In this document: positions 29,915 to 38,941 of the stretch, one piece after another | Numbering within the stretch: the stretch's first letter is position 1 | Layout of the letters: every line of letters starts with the position of its first letter | Assembly: GCA_965248265.1 (NCBI GenBank) | Contig: CBDFJF010000002.1 | Span: 3,040,001 to 3,104,000 of the forward strand | Direction: 5' to 3' | DNA length: 64,000 bases | DNA from: Candidatus Latescibacterota bacterium | GTDB taxonomy: Bacteria > Latescibacterota > UBA2968 > UBA8231 | Position numbers and translations under genes: made by a program | Notes under the pieces: generated by a model | What the model saw: the letters and a program-made list of their open reading frames with translations, nothing else | Database searches by the model: none | Told to the model about the DNA's origin: nothing

Positions 29915-31545
29915 ATGAACCGACGACGCCGATTGATCTACAACGACGACGGTGGGGGCATTTCCATGGGCAGCAGCGGCGACCCCGTCGAACAGCTGCG
30001 GGACTGGGTTGACCGGGTGCTCGAGCACATCCGACTGGACAGTTTCGCGTTGTCGGTCGCCGAGCCGGACATCATGTTCTGCCGCAGCGAAGCCGGGGAG
30101 ACGGTGGGCCAACGTTTCGCCAACCTCAGGGACATCAAGGCGGACCACATGCGCCGGATCGCCACGGCGATTCGCGTCTTGATGGCGCAAGGCACTGATT
30201 CGCTTACGGTCATCGCCGACCGCGTGCACGAGCACGGCGTCGAGTTTCTGGCCGAGATGCGCATGGGCGACACGCACGTCGTCAAGGTCGATCCGAATGA
30301 CGCGTTCTGCCCGCAGATCACGGTCGACCATCCCGAGTGGATCATCCGGCGCAGCGATCAACTGCCGGAGGGCGTGCACGAAACCGCGCTGGACTATTCG
30401 TTCGCCGCCGTGCGCGAGCACCGGTTAGCCATTGTGCGCGAGTTGGCGCACCGGCCGGAGGTGGACGGGCTTGAGCTCAACTTCATCCGATACACTTCGT
30501 CCGCGAAGAAGCGCCGGAGAAGGCACCGATCATGACCGAGTATGTTGGGCGGATTCACCGCGTCTTGGCGGAAGCGGCCGAGGCACGCGGGCAGGACCAT
30601 CTGACGCTGGGCGTGCGCGTGCCGTCAACACTCGACGAATGTCGGGACGCCGGGCTGGACCCGCAGGCGTGGGTCGCCAACGGCTGGCTCGACTATCTGG
30701 CCGCGTGTGACTACAACTACTCGGACCCCCAGATCCCGATCGAGCAGTTCGCGTCGTTCACCGGAGACACGGAGTGTTCGTTGTTGCAGCAGATGGGGGA
30801 CATGATCGGCGGGGTCTGGCAGGGCAAGCCGTCGATGCAGGACCGCCAGCGCGGATCGGCCGTGTTCATGGATAACTACCACGGGTTGCTGAACACGGAC
30901 GCCGAGGCGCGGGCCACGGCGTATAACGGCTACGCCGCCGGCGCCGACGGCGTCGCGTTCTGGAATATCTGCTGCAACATGGACAGCGGCGGCCATTGGG
31001 GCGGACCGGAGCATCGCGCCCGCATGCTCAGTTGGATGAATGCAGTCGCCGACCCGCAGACCGTGTTGGCCGGGCCGCGACACTATCACTTCCTGCCCAT
31101 GTGGAAATGGCTCGAAACGCCATGGCGCAACTACGCCGTGAACCGGCAGTACCACAGCCCCACGGGGAATACGAACTGCCAGATTCTGACGTTCGGGTCC
31201 GATCGGGTCGGCACGCGACAGGTTTACGCCTTCCGCATGGCCGACGGGAGTAACGGCGAGCGCCTCCAGGGCACGCTGCGATTCCAGGTCTTCCACGTCG
31301 ATGGGGACGATGAGTTCGCGATCGACCTCAACGGCGCGCCGTTGTCGGTGCAAGTGGTGCGCCGCGAGTATCGGCCCGATGCCGATCCGCCCGCGACGTG
31401 GTTTGAAATCTCGCTGGCCGATTGCCCACCCTTTCGTTTCAAGAACGAGTTGGGCCTGACGCTGTTACGCCTGGGCCCTGGTCTGGGCCTTGCCGAAAAG
31501 GCGCAGGCACCCTACATGGAAGAACTGGAAGTGTTCGTCGAATGA
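29915..31545 (+). pseudogene. GHL10-like TIM-barrel glycoside-hydrolase-like protein, frameshifted near 30490
   Basis: RRRLIYNDDG, EMRMGDTH, HPEW, LDYSFAAVR and DGLELNFIR continue in another frame as HFVREEAPEKAPIMTEYV...LGVRVP. Confidence 0.7.
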
Positions 31546-31946
31546 TCCGACGATCCGAATTCGACATCTCAATGAACGGTCGCACGCTTCCTTGCTCACT
31601 GGCCGAGCCCGGCCGCGATACGGCGCCGAGTGACCCGGCGTTGCTAATGTGTCTGGGTGGACCGCGGAAGAAAGCGATGGAAGAATCGCCCTATGTGCAT
31701 TCGGTCGAACGGTTTGTCGACGCAGGCTATCGAGCCGTCAGTATCGATCTACCCTTTCACGGTGACCGCGGCGACCCGCGGGGCCCAAACGGGTTGTTGG
31801 GCATGTGCGCGGCGGTCGTGGCCGGCGAGGACCCGTTCGCCATGTTTGTCGAAGACGGGATGGCCCGTATCGATGAGTGCATTCGGCGAGGTCATGCCGG
31901 AGCGAACCATGGCGTTTACGTCTATGGTCATCGCCCGCTCTGCTGA
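31542..31946 (+). pseudogene. Alpha/beta hydrolase, N-terminal fragment
   Basis: ATGA overlap with the upstream gene. GYRAVSIDLPFHGDR...FVEDG...IDECIRRG. Stops before the nucleophile elbow. Confidence 0.55.
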
Positions 31947-31949
31947 ACC

Positions 31950-32878
31950 ATGAGCATGCGACGGAATTACAAGCCGCTGATGCGCAAGATCGAGGCGATG
32001 GGGTACCGAGGGTACACCGCGGACGAATTCGCCGGCGCCTGGGCATCTCGACCATGTCGTTGATGACCAACAGCGATCCGAACCTGGGCGTGGACGAGGA
32101 CGCGCTGCGACGGGCGGTGCAAGCCGGGGCCCGGAAGATCGAGGCGTCGGCCGATTTTGGCCCCAGTCATTTTCCCTACCAGGACCTCGCGGCAATTAAG
32201 GAGCTGGGCAAGTTTTACGACGGTCACGGTGCGGCGATTTACTCCGTCCACTCTCCTTTCGGGCGTGATCCACAAAAGTGGGACTTCGAGGACGTCAAAC
32301 GCCTGATCGACGCGATGGCGCTCGTCGAGGCGAAAGTCCTCTTGCTGCACTTCGTCTTCACGGACAGGCGGGAGTGGCAGGCCTCGATGGCGATGATGCA
32401 GAAGCTGGTCAACCTGAGCGCGCCTCATGATATCTGGCTGTCCGTCGAGACCGACACGGACATGTGGTTCGACGCGGGATTCGTCGATTGGTTCGAGTTC
32501 CCCCGCGTCGGTATCTGTTGTGATACGGGGCACACCGGCGCCTATCACGGCGGATGGAACGTGCTCGAGAGCCCCTATAACGCCATCTACACGATGTCGA
32601 CGGCGAACGGCAAGCTGAACCATCTGCACCTGTCGGACGTTTCGATCGAGCCGCTGGCCCGCCCGCACCGGACGATGACGCTGAAGCCGAGACTGGACCA
32701 TTGGTCGCCCGGTCGCGGATGCAGCCATTGGGGGGCGATCATGCTTGCCGTCAAGGCGATGGACTATCCGGGTGTGTTTATGTTCGAGATCTGGACAGAG
32801 GACGAGGAGCGCTTCGAGCGCCTGGCCGCGTTCCCCGAAAGGCTCGTGGCGGGCGAGCTGGGAAAGGTTGAGGTTTGA
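31950..32878 (+). CDS. Sugar phosphate isomerase/epimerase (AP endonuclease 2 TIM barrel); 5' end uncertain or frameshifted
   Basis: SVHSPF, SVET, CCDTGH, HLHLSD, DHWSPGRG, YPGVFMFE. Confidence 0.75.
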
Positions 32879-32961
32879 GACAGAGTCCCACGAAGACGCG
32901 AACCCGCAACAGAGATTGACTACGTACTAGGCACAGGCGTTGACGCAACCCAAGCCAACTA

Positions 32962-33053
32962 AGGCAGAATGATTATGGGCAGAATAATTCTTCTCTTCTA
33001 AGCCTAATTCTAACTTCTAATTCTAATCATTTCTGTCCTTAATTATTCTGCCT
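32962..33053. repeat. AT-rich palindromic REP/MITE-like element
   Basis: Two GGCAGAAT(G/A)ATT units facing their inverted copies AATCATTTCTGTCC and AATTATTCTGCC around a TTCTAA-rich spacer. Confidence 0.65.
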
Positions 33054-33069
33054 AAATCGAGATTCCCGC

Positions 33070-34638
33070 ATGACGCGCATCGCGGATCAGATCGGTATAC
33101 CCCTTCAGCCAACGGCCCAGCGATGGGGCGATGCCCGCGAACCCGGCGGGACCGGCCTGGCGTTGATCGTGGGTGATCAGAAGCAGCTTTTTCTGGACGA
33201 CGATTTTCTCGTCGAGTCTGCCGTTCACGTACGACGTCTCATGCATCAACCGCGGAAACATCCGGACAACCCACTGATCCGCGCCGAGAAGCCGTGGGAG
33301 CTGGGGCACTTCGGCATCAATGGCGGATCGGTGATGCTCGACGAGGGCGTCTTCCGCATGTGGTACCGAACGTCCTGGGACGCATCGTGTTCCGACGCGC
33401 CAATGGCCTATGCGACGTCAACCGACGGCATCCACTGGGACAAGCCCAGCCTCGGCAAGGTCGAGTTCGAGGGCTCGACCGACAACAACCTGATCCTGCC
33501 CGCCATCTTTCACGGGGATTGGGCGTGCCACGGCGCCAAAGTGATCAAGGACCCACCCGATCGGGAGCCAGACGCGGCCCGGCGCTACAAGATCATGATC
33601 TTCGCCGTCCGTCCGGGCTCGGGCAAGCCATTGCGGGAGATCGATCCTGCCGTCGACCCCGCGCGCTGGGGCTTCTTCGTCGCGTTCTCCCCCGACGGAC
33701 TGGACTGGACGCTACATCCCGAGCCGGTGATCCTTGATTACAAGAACCACTATGGCGGGTACAACTCGGTGTTCTTCGACTCGATGCTGGGAAGATACGT
33801 CGCCTATATGCAGCGCCGACCGGAGCTGCATTTCGAGGCACCGCGGTACCCGGTCAACCGAAGGTTCGTCTCACGCATGGAATCGCCGGATTTCATCCAC
33901 TGGACGGACCCGAATTACCGTGCCTTCGGTCCGGACGAACAAGACCCACCGGGCTGCGACGTGTTCGAGCCCGAGCCGTTTCAATACGAGCAAGCGGGGT
34001 ACGCCTACGTCAACATCGCCTTGTGGTTGGACCTCTATCGCGATCAGTGTCACACCCGTCTGGCGACGAGCCGGGACAACCTGATGTGGCACTGGGCCGG
34101 TGACCGCAAACCGTTCATTGACAATGGTCCACCCGGCAGTTGGGACGCCAAGATGATTCACCCGCCGTTCATGCCCGCGCTGGTCAAGGATGACGAGATC
34201 CTGATTTATTACAGTGCCAACGGCACGGCCGGCATGGCCGAGGGCAAGACGAGCCAGGTCGCGCGGCGGCGTGACGTGGGGCTGGCGACCCTGCGCCTGG
34301 ATGGGTTCATCTCCCTCGAAGCCGCCGTGACCTGGGGCCAGGTCACGACCTGGCCCATCATGTTCAAGGGCACGAGACTTTCATTGAACGTCAATGCCAA
34401 GCGCATTCTTGATCCCGCGACACGGGACTACGGTGTGCGCGTCGAGATCACCGACCCGATGAATCAGGTCCTGCCGGGCTATAGTTATCGCGATTGTGAT
34501 CCGATCCGGGAGGACAACGTGCGGTGCCCAGTGACGTGGAAAGGCAATCCGGACGTGGGACATCTGTCAGGTCAACCGATCAAGCTGCGGTTTTACATGT
34601 CGTTCGCCAGCCTCTACGCGTTTCGGTTTCACACGTGA
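33070..34638 (+). CDS. Five-bladed beta-propeller glycoside-hydrolase-like protein
   Basis: KQLFLDD, HPDNPLI-EKPWE, Asp-box-like STDGIHW, SPDGLDW, SPDFIHW and SRDNLMW, plus LRLDGFISL. Confidence 0.8.
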   Translation: MTRIADQIGIPLQPTAQRWGDAREPGGTGLALIVGDQKQLFLDDDFLVESAVHVRRLMHQPRKHPDNPLIRAEKPWELGHFGINGGSVMLDEGVFRMWYRTSWDASCSDAPMAYATSTDGIHWDKPSLGKVEFEGSTDNNLILPAIFHGDWACHGAKVIKDPPDREPDAARRYKIMIFAVRPGSGKPLREIDPAVDPARWGFFVAFSPDGLDWTLHPEPVILDYKNHYGGYNSVFFDSMLGRYVAYMQRRPELHFEAPRYPVNRRFVSRMESPDFIHWTDPNYRAFGPDEQDPPGCDVFEPEPFQYEQAGYAYVNIALWLDLYRDQCHTRLATSRDNLMWHWAGDRKPFIDNGPPGSWDAKMIHPPFMPALVKDDEILIYYSANGTAGMAEGKTSQVARRRDVGLATLRLDGFISLEAAVTWGQVTTWPIMFKGTRLSLNVNAKRILDPATRDYGVRVEITDPMNQVLPGYSYRDCDPIREDNVRCPVTWKGNPDVGHLSGQPIKLRFYMSFASLYAFRFHT

Positions 34639-34761
34639 TTAACGCTTTTTGAAATCAAAGTCCGTCATAGCCCGAAGATAATAGGGCCTGGCGAACTGAT
34701 CGACTTGCTCTTGCCACCGACCCCAAGTCTGGCGATTGCCGCAGCGGACCCCGATGCCGTA

Positions 34762-34783
34762 CGAGTCCGGGAGGCGGCTCCAA
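34762..34783 (+). repeat. 22-bp direct repeat of the tRNA-Thr 3' end (att site)
   Basis: CGAGTCCGGGAGGCGGCTCCAA, identical to 27879-27900. Confidence 0.9.
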
Positions 34784-34784
34784 A

Positions 34785-34830
34785 AGAAGGGTGGGCATGC
34801 GATCGGAATCGCCACACCCTTTCTAGTTTT
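34785..34830 (+). terminator. Hairpin after the att repeat, probably the original tRNA terminator
   Basis: AAGGGTG...CACCCTT stem followed by TCTAGTTTT. Confidence 0.55.
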
Positions 34831-36043
34831 CGGAACCTGCTTTCCCACCGTCGATGCGAGCAGCTTCGGGGAGTCTGCGCAGCAAGTACATGGCACCTAT
34901 CCCGAAAGCAGGACCGATTGCCAGAAAGGCAAAAGCCCAGCGCCACGAAACCCATTCAACAAGCTTGGGTATCAAGCGAATCGAACCGAGGGTCAGAAGA
35001 AAACCGATGCAGGTCTGCATGGTCAGGGTGGTACCAACGTAGTCAGGTTCTGAAAGTTCGGTCAGACTCGTCGAGTATTGCGCAGAGTCCGCGATAACGG
35101 CAAAGCCCCATACCAGACACAACACGATCAACGGCGCCGGCGAGTTTCCGAAAAGCAACCCAACCAGCAGGCAACAGCAGCCACTGATCAACAGGGAAGC
35201 GATCGTGATCGTGGTGCGGCCGAAGCGGTCGGCGAGGATGCCGCCGAGCACACATCCAATCCCACCGATTCCGATCGCCGCGAATCCCCAGACACTGGCC
35301 CAGTGCTCGGCCTGATCCATGCCGCTGGCGCGGAAGCTCTCCAGCAGGAACAACGGCAACCATGCCCACATGGCGTAGAGTTCCCATTGGTGGCCGAGGT
35401 AGCCGAAATTGGCCAATCGCACACTGCGGTTGCCGAAGGCGCGGGCCGCGAAGCGCCAATCGAAGCGAGCCCGGCCGGTATCGTAGGGACCGTCGCGGAC
35501 GAACAGCAGGCACAACACGGCAGCTGCCACGGCGCTGGCCGAGGCGGTGAGCATGAGCAGGCGCCAATCGGGGTGGCCGATGACTTTGATTAAATGGGGG
35601 GACGCCGAACCGACGGTGAGGGCGCCGACGATGACGCCGATGGCCATGCCCCGGCCCTCACGAAACCAGCCGGCCATGACCTTCATCGCCGGCGGATAAA
35701 CACCCGCCAGGAATAGTCCGGTCAGAAAGCGAAGCGCAATCGCGAAAGCAATGCTCTGCCCGAACCAGCCGATGGCGCCGTTGGCCGCGGCACCCAGCAG
35801 CGCGCAGACCGTGAACAGGTGGCGGGCGTTGAGTATGTCAGAAAGGTTGAGAAGGGCACTGATCAGGGTGCCGGCGACGAAGCCGATCTGCACCGACATC
35901 GTCAGCCAGGCCTGCTGGCCCGGGTCGAGGCCCCACTCTTCCGTCAGCGCGGGGACGACGGCGGTGGCTGAGAACCAGAGCGCCATCGCCAGCAGCTCCG
36001 CAACGGACAATACAAAGAGTACCCGCCACTTCGAGCCCTTCAC
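34823..36043 (-). CDS. MFS transporter
   Basis: About 12 TM segments. RFLTGLFLAGVYPP, GHQWELYAMW, LADRFGR. Confidence 0.9.
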   Translation of the reverse strand: MKGSKWRVLFVLSVAELLAMALWFSATAVVPALTEEWGLDPGQQAWLTMSVQIGFVAGTLISALLNLSDILNARHLFTVCALLGAAANGAIGWFGQSIAFAIALRFLTGLFLAGVYPPAMKVMAGWFREGRGMAIGVIVGALTVGSASPHLIKVIGHPDWRLLMLTASASAVAAAVLCLLFVRDGPYDTGRARFDWRFAARAFGNRSVRLANFGYLGHQWELYAMWAWLPLFLLESFRASGMDQAEHWASVWGFAAIGIGGIGCVLGGILADRFGRTTITIASLLISGCCCLLVGLLFGNSPAPLIVLCLVWGFAVIADSAQYSTSLTELSEPDYVGTTLTMQTCIGFLLTLGSIRLIPKLVEWVSWRWAFAFLAIGPAFGIGAMYLLRRLPEAARIDGGKAGSEN

Positions 36044-36073
36044 GGCGGTGCGCCGGCGGGTGAACTCACCGCC

Positions 36074-37651
36074 TTAAGAACCAGCGTCCAGGCAGCGGCG
36101 TACGGCCTGCAACAGTTGAGTGGTGTTGAAGGGTTTGAGCAGCACCTCGCTCGCACCCTGGGCGAAGGAATGGGTCAATGGATGACCGGAGACTAGAAGT
36201 ACTTTGGCGTCGACATCGATGTTGATGAGCTCGTTGAGTACTTCCTGGTTGGAAATGCCCGGCTGCGAAAGTCCCAATACAACGAGGCTTATCTTGTCAT
36301 GTGTGTGGCGAAAAATCTCCATGCCATCACGTGCATCCCTGCCCAGGTGGACGTCGTAGCCGTTGTGTTCCAGCATCAGGTCCAGAATTTTCCTGAGGCG
36401 GTCGACATCAGCGATGACGAGGATGCTCTCTTTTCCACCCAGCGCCGCCAGGTTGACTTCGGTGGCCGGGGTGACTTCCTGTGTCACGTCGTCGATGTCG
36501 CCATTGCTGCCGACGAGGCTTTTTTCGGATGGGAGGTAGACGGAGAGTTCGGTGCCCTTGCCCTGCTCACTCGAGCAGTCGATCCAGCCGCCGTGATCCC
36601 TGACGATGCCGTAGGCGACGGAGAGGCCCAACCCTGCGGGCACGGAGGACTGTTTGGTCGTGAAGAACGGCTCGAACATGCGTTCTTTCGTGCCCTCATC
36701 CATGCCGATGCCATCGTCGCTGATGCGCACGCAGGCGTACTGGCCGGCGATCACCTCGGGTGGACCAACGTCATCCTCGGCCGAAAAGTTCACTGACTCC
36801 GAGCGGATACGTATGACGCGATCGGTGATATCGGCGCGTTGTATCAGCGCTTCTTTGGCATTGGTGCAGATGTTGATGATGCACTGTCTCAGTTGGTGTT
36901 GTTCACCCAATACAGATGGCAGCGACTCCGTCTCGTCGACGGCGATTTCGATGTCGGGTGGAAAGGTCTGGCGACACAGCACCACGGCCTCATTCACCAC
37001 ATCCTTGACGTCGATACGAGCGTGAGAGCCCTGTTCATTGCGGTAGAACAGCATGAGCTGCTGCAGTAGTTTGCCGGCACGCTCGGCGTCGAAGGCAGCA
37101 TCTTCGAGAAAGGGTATCAACTCGTCGGTGGCCTTCAACGCAGCCAGATCCAGGTTGCCGATCACACCCTGCAGCATGTTGTTGAAGTTGTGCGCCAGGC
37201 CTGCCGTCAACTGGCCGATGGCCTCCATCTTCGACGACTGTCGCAGACGCTCTTCGAGTCGCGCCTTTTCTTTTTCTACCTCGTGCTTGTGCAGGGCGAT
37301 CTCTACGGTCGTGTACAGATCGCGTTCTTCGAACGGTTTGAGCAGGTAGCCCATAGGTTGGGCTACCTTGGCGCGTTCGAGGGTGGCTTCATCCGAATAG
37401 GCGGTAAGGTAGACGATGGGGATCTGCAATTCGCGGGTGATTTGTTCGGCTGCCGCAACACCGTCGATGTCGCCCTCCAACTGAATGTCCATCAATACCA
37501 GATCCGGACGGAGGGATGCCGCCGATTCTACAGCGCTGGCGGCTGAAGAGACGATCTTGAGTACCTCGTACCCCATGGTACGGAGCTTACTCTGGATATC
37601 GAGAGCGACAATTCCCTCATCCTCGACAACCATGATGCGCGCGTCAGTCAC
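36074..37651 (-). CDS. Hybrid REC-histidine kinase-(pseudo)REC protein
   Basis: VVEDE...LMDI...KP receiver, AHNFNNML H-box, DDGIGM, FEPFFTTK, GLGLS. C-terminal receiver is degenerate. Confidence 0.9.
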   Translation of the reverse strand: MTDARIMVVEDEGIVALDIQSKLRTMGYEVLKIVSSAASAVESAASLRPDLVLMDIQLEGDIDGVAAAEQITRELQIPIVYLTAYSDEATLERAKVAQPMGYLLKPFEERDLYTTVEIALHKHEVEKEKARLEERLRQSSKMEAIGQLTAGLAHNFNNMLQGVIGNLDLAALKATDELIPFLEDAAFDAERAGKLLQQLMLFYRNEQGSHARIDVKDVVNEAVVLCRQTFPPDIEIAVDETESLPSVLGEQHQLRQCIINICTNAKEALIQRADITDRVIRIRSESVNFSAEDDVGPPEVIAGQYACVRISDDGIGMDEGTKERMFEPFFTTKQSSVPAGLGLSVAYGIVRDHGGWIDCSSEQGKGTELSVYLPSEKSLVGSNGDIDDVTQEVTPATEVNLAALGGKESILVIADVDRLRKILDLMLEHNGYDVHLGRDARDGMEIFRHTHDKISLVVLGLSQPGISNQEVLNELINIDVDAKVLLVSGHPLTHSFAQGASEVLLKPFNTTQLLQAVRRCLDAGS

Positions 37652-37737
37652 CTATTCTCCGTCTTCTGGGGATCAGCACTGAATGCAACAGGTACAAATG
37701 TATTGGGAGGCAAAGCCTGGCGCCACCGGATCGTCTC

Positions 37738-38666
37738 ATGGCGAGCGGTATATGTGGCTCCGATCTTCACGTGTATCACGACACCATCAACTTTCCGATT
37801 CGTGCACCCGTGGTGATGGGTCACGAGTTCAGCGGCGTCGTCGTGGACAAGGGGCCTGGAGTTGGTGACGAGGTCGCGATCGGGGACCGCGTGACCGGTG
37901 AGCCGACGATGACGAAGTGCGGTCATTGTGACTACTGCCGCAGCGAGCACTACAACATGTGCCCGGACCGCAACGTGCTGGGATACTGGTTCGATGGCAG
38001 CTTCGCACCGTTCTGCAATGCGGCACGGATCCATCGCTTACCCCCTAGTGTCGGCTTCGAAGCTGGAGCCATGACCGAGTTGCTGGCCTGTGCGTTCATT
38101 CTCTTCTGGATCAGACTGGAGTCCGAGCCGGCGACCACGTCGCCATCACGGGACCAGGCCCGGTCGGACTGATGGCGGCGATGGTGGTGAAGGCAGCCGG
38201 CGGTACGGTCATCCTGTATGGACGCAGTGCGGACAGCAAGCGAATGGAGTTGGCGCAGACCGTGGGTGTCGACGTTGTCGTCGATGTGGAGAAAGAGGAT
38301 CCGCTCAAGCGTATCCACGACCTCACTGATGGCTACGGTGCGGACCTCGTCGTGGAATGCGCGGGGTCGGCGGCTGCCATCGACACGGCCCTGGACATCG
38401 TGCGCCGCCGCGGCCGCTACCTGCAGATGGGTCTGCCCGGCGCGAAGGTGAGCATCGATTTCGAGAAAGTGGCCTACAAGGAACTCGAGGTCACCGGCGG
38501 CCTCGGTCAGCGCCGCCCCGCGTGGCTCCGTGCCCTCGCCCTGATGGAATCCGGCTCCGTGCGCCCGGAAAAACTGATCTCACACGAGCTTCCCCTCAGT
38601 GACTGGCAACACGGCTTTGATCTGCTGGAGCGCCAGGAGGGAATCAAGGTCCTGCTGCGCCCGTAG
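37738..38666 (+). pseudogene. Zn-binding (polyol) dehydrogenase, frameshifted near 38090 and 5'-eroded
   Basis: GICGSDLH, GHEFSG and CGHCDYC. After one missing base the frame resumes VHSLLDQTGVRAGDHVAITGPGPVG. Confidence 0.8.
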
Positions 38667-38789
38667 TTCGCCGTCAGGTTTGGCCCGAACCTGCTCCGCG
38701 CACTTGATCGCCAGAGCCGGTGTTGGCTGAATAGGTTCGGCAGTAGCTGGCTACGAGTGATTTCGACAGGTACGTGAACGAAAAGAGAT

Positions 38790-38822
38790 GGCGGGAGTCA
38801 CCAAGCCTCAGTGACCCCCGCC
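38790..38822 (-). terminator. Intrinsic terminator downstream of dnaK
   Basis: GGCGGGAGTCAC-N9-GTGACCCCCGCC, with a pyrimidine/T-rich tail on the minus strand. Confidence 0.6.
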
Positions 38823-38941
38823 GTTTATGTGTGAATTGAGGTTTCGCCCTAGCCTTCGCGGTTTCACGAATGATTCCGACACAAGATCCAGAAGCGCTCT
38901 AAAACTGGTGCGTCCCCAGGGGTACAGCAGCTACCCTGCTT

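Noticed and set aside
31944-31946. PLC-TGA read-through into the next ORF
   Set aside because: The flanks belong to unrelated folds, there is no convincing SECIS, and the frame closes soon after.
32962-33053. CRISPR array
   Set aside because: The repeats are inverted, short and lack unique spacers. No cas genes.
37738-38666. Programmed frameshift in the dehydrogenase
   Set aside because: No slippery sequence, and the 5' end is also eroded. A pseudogene or sequencing error is simpler.
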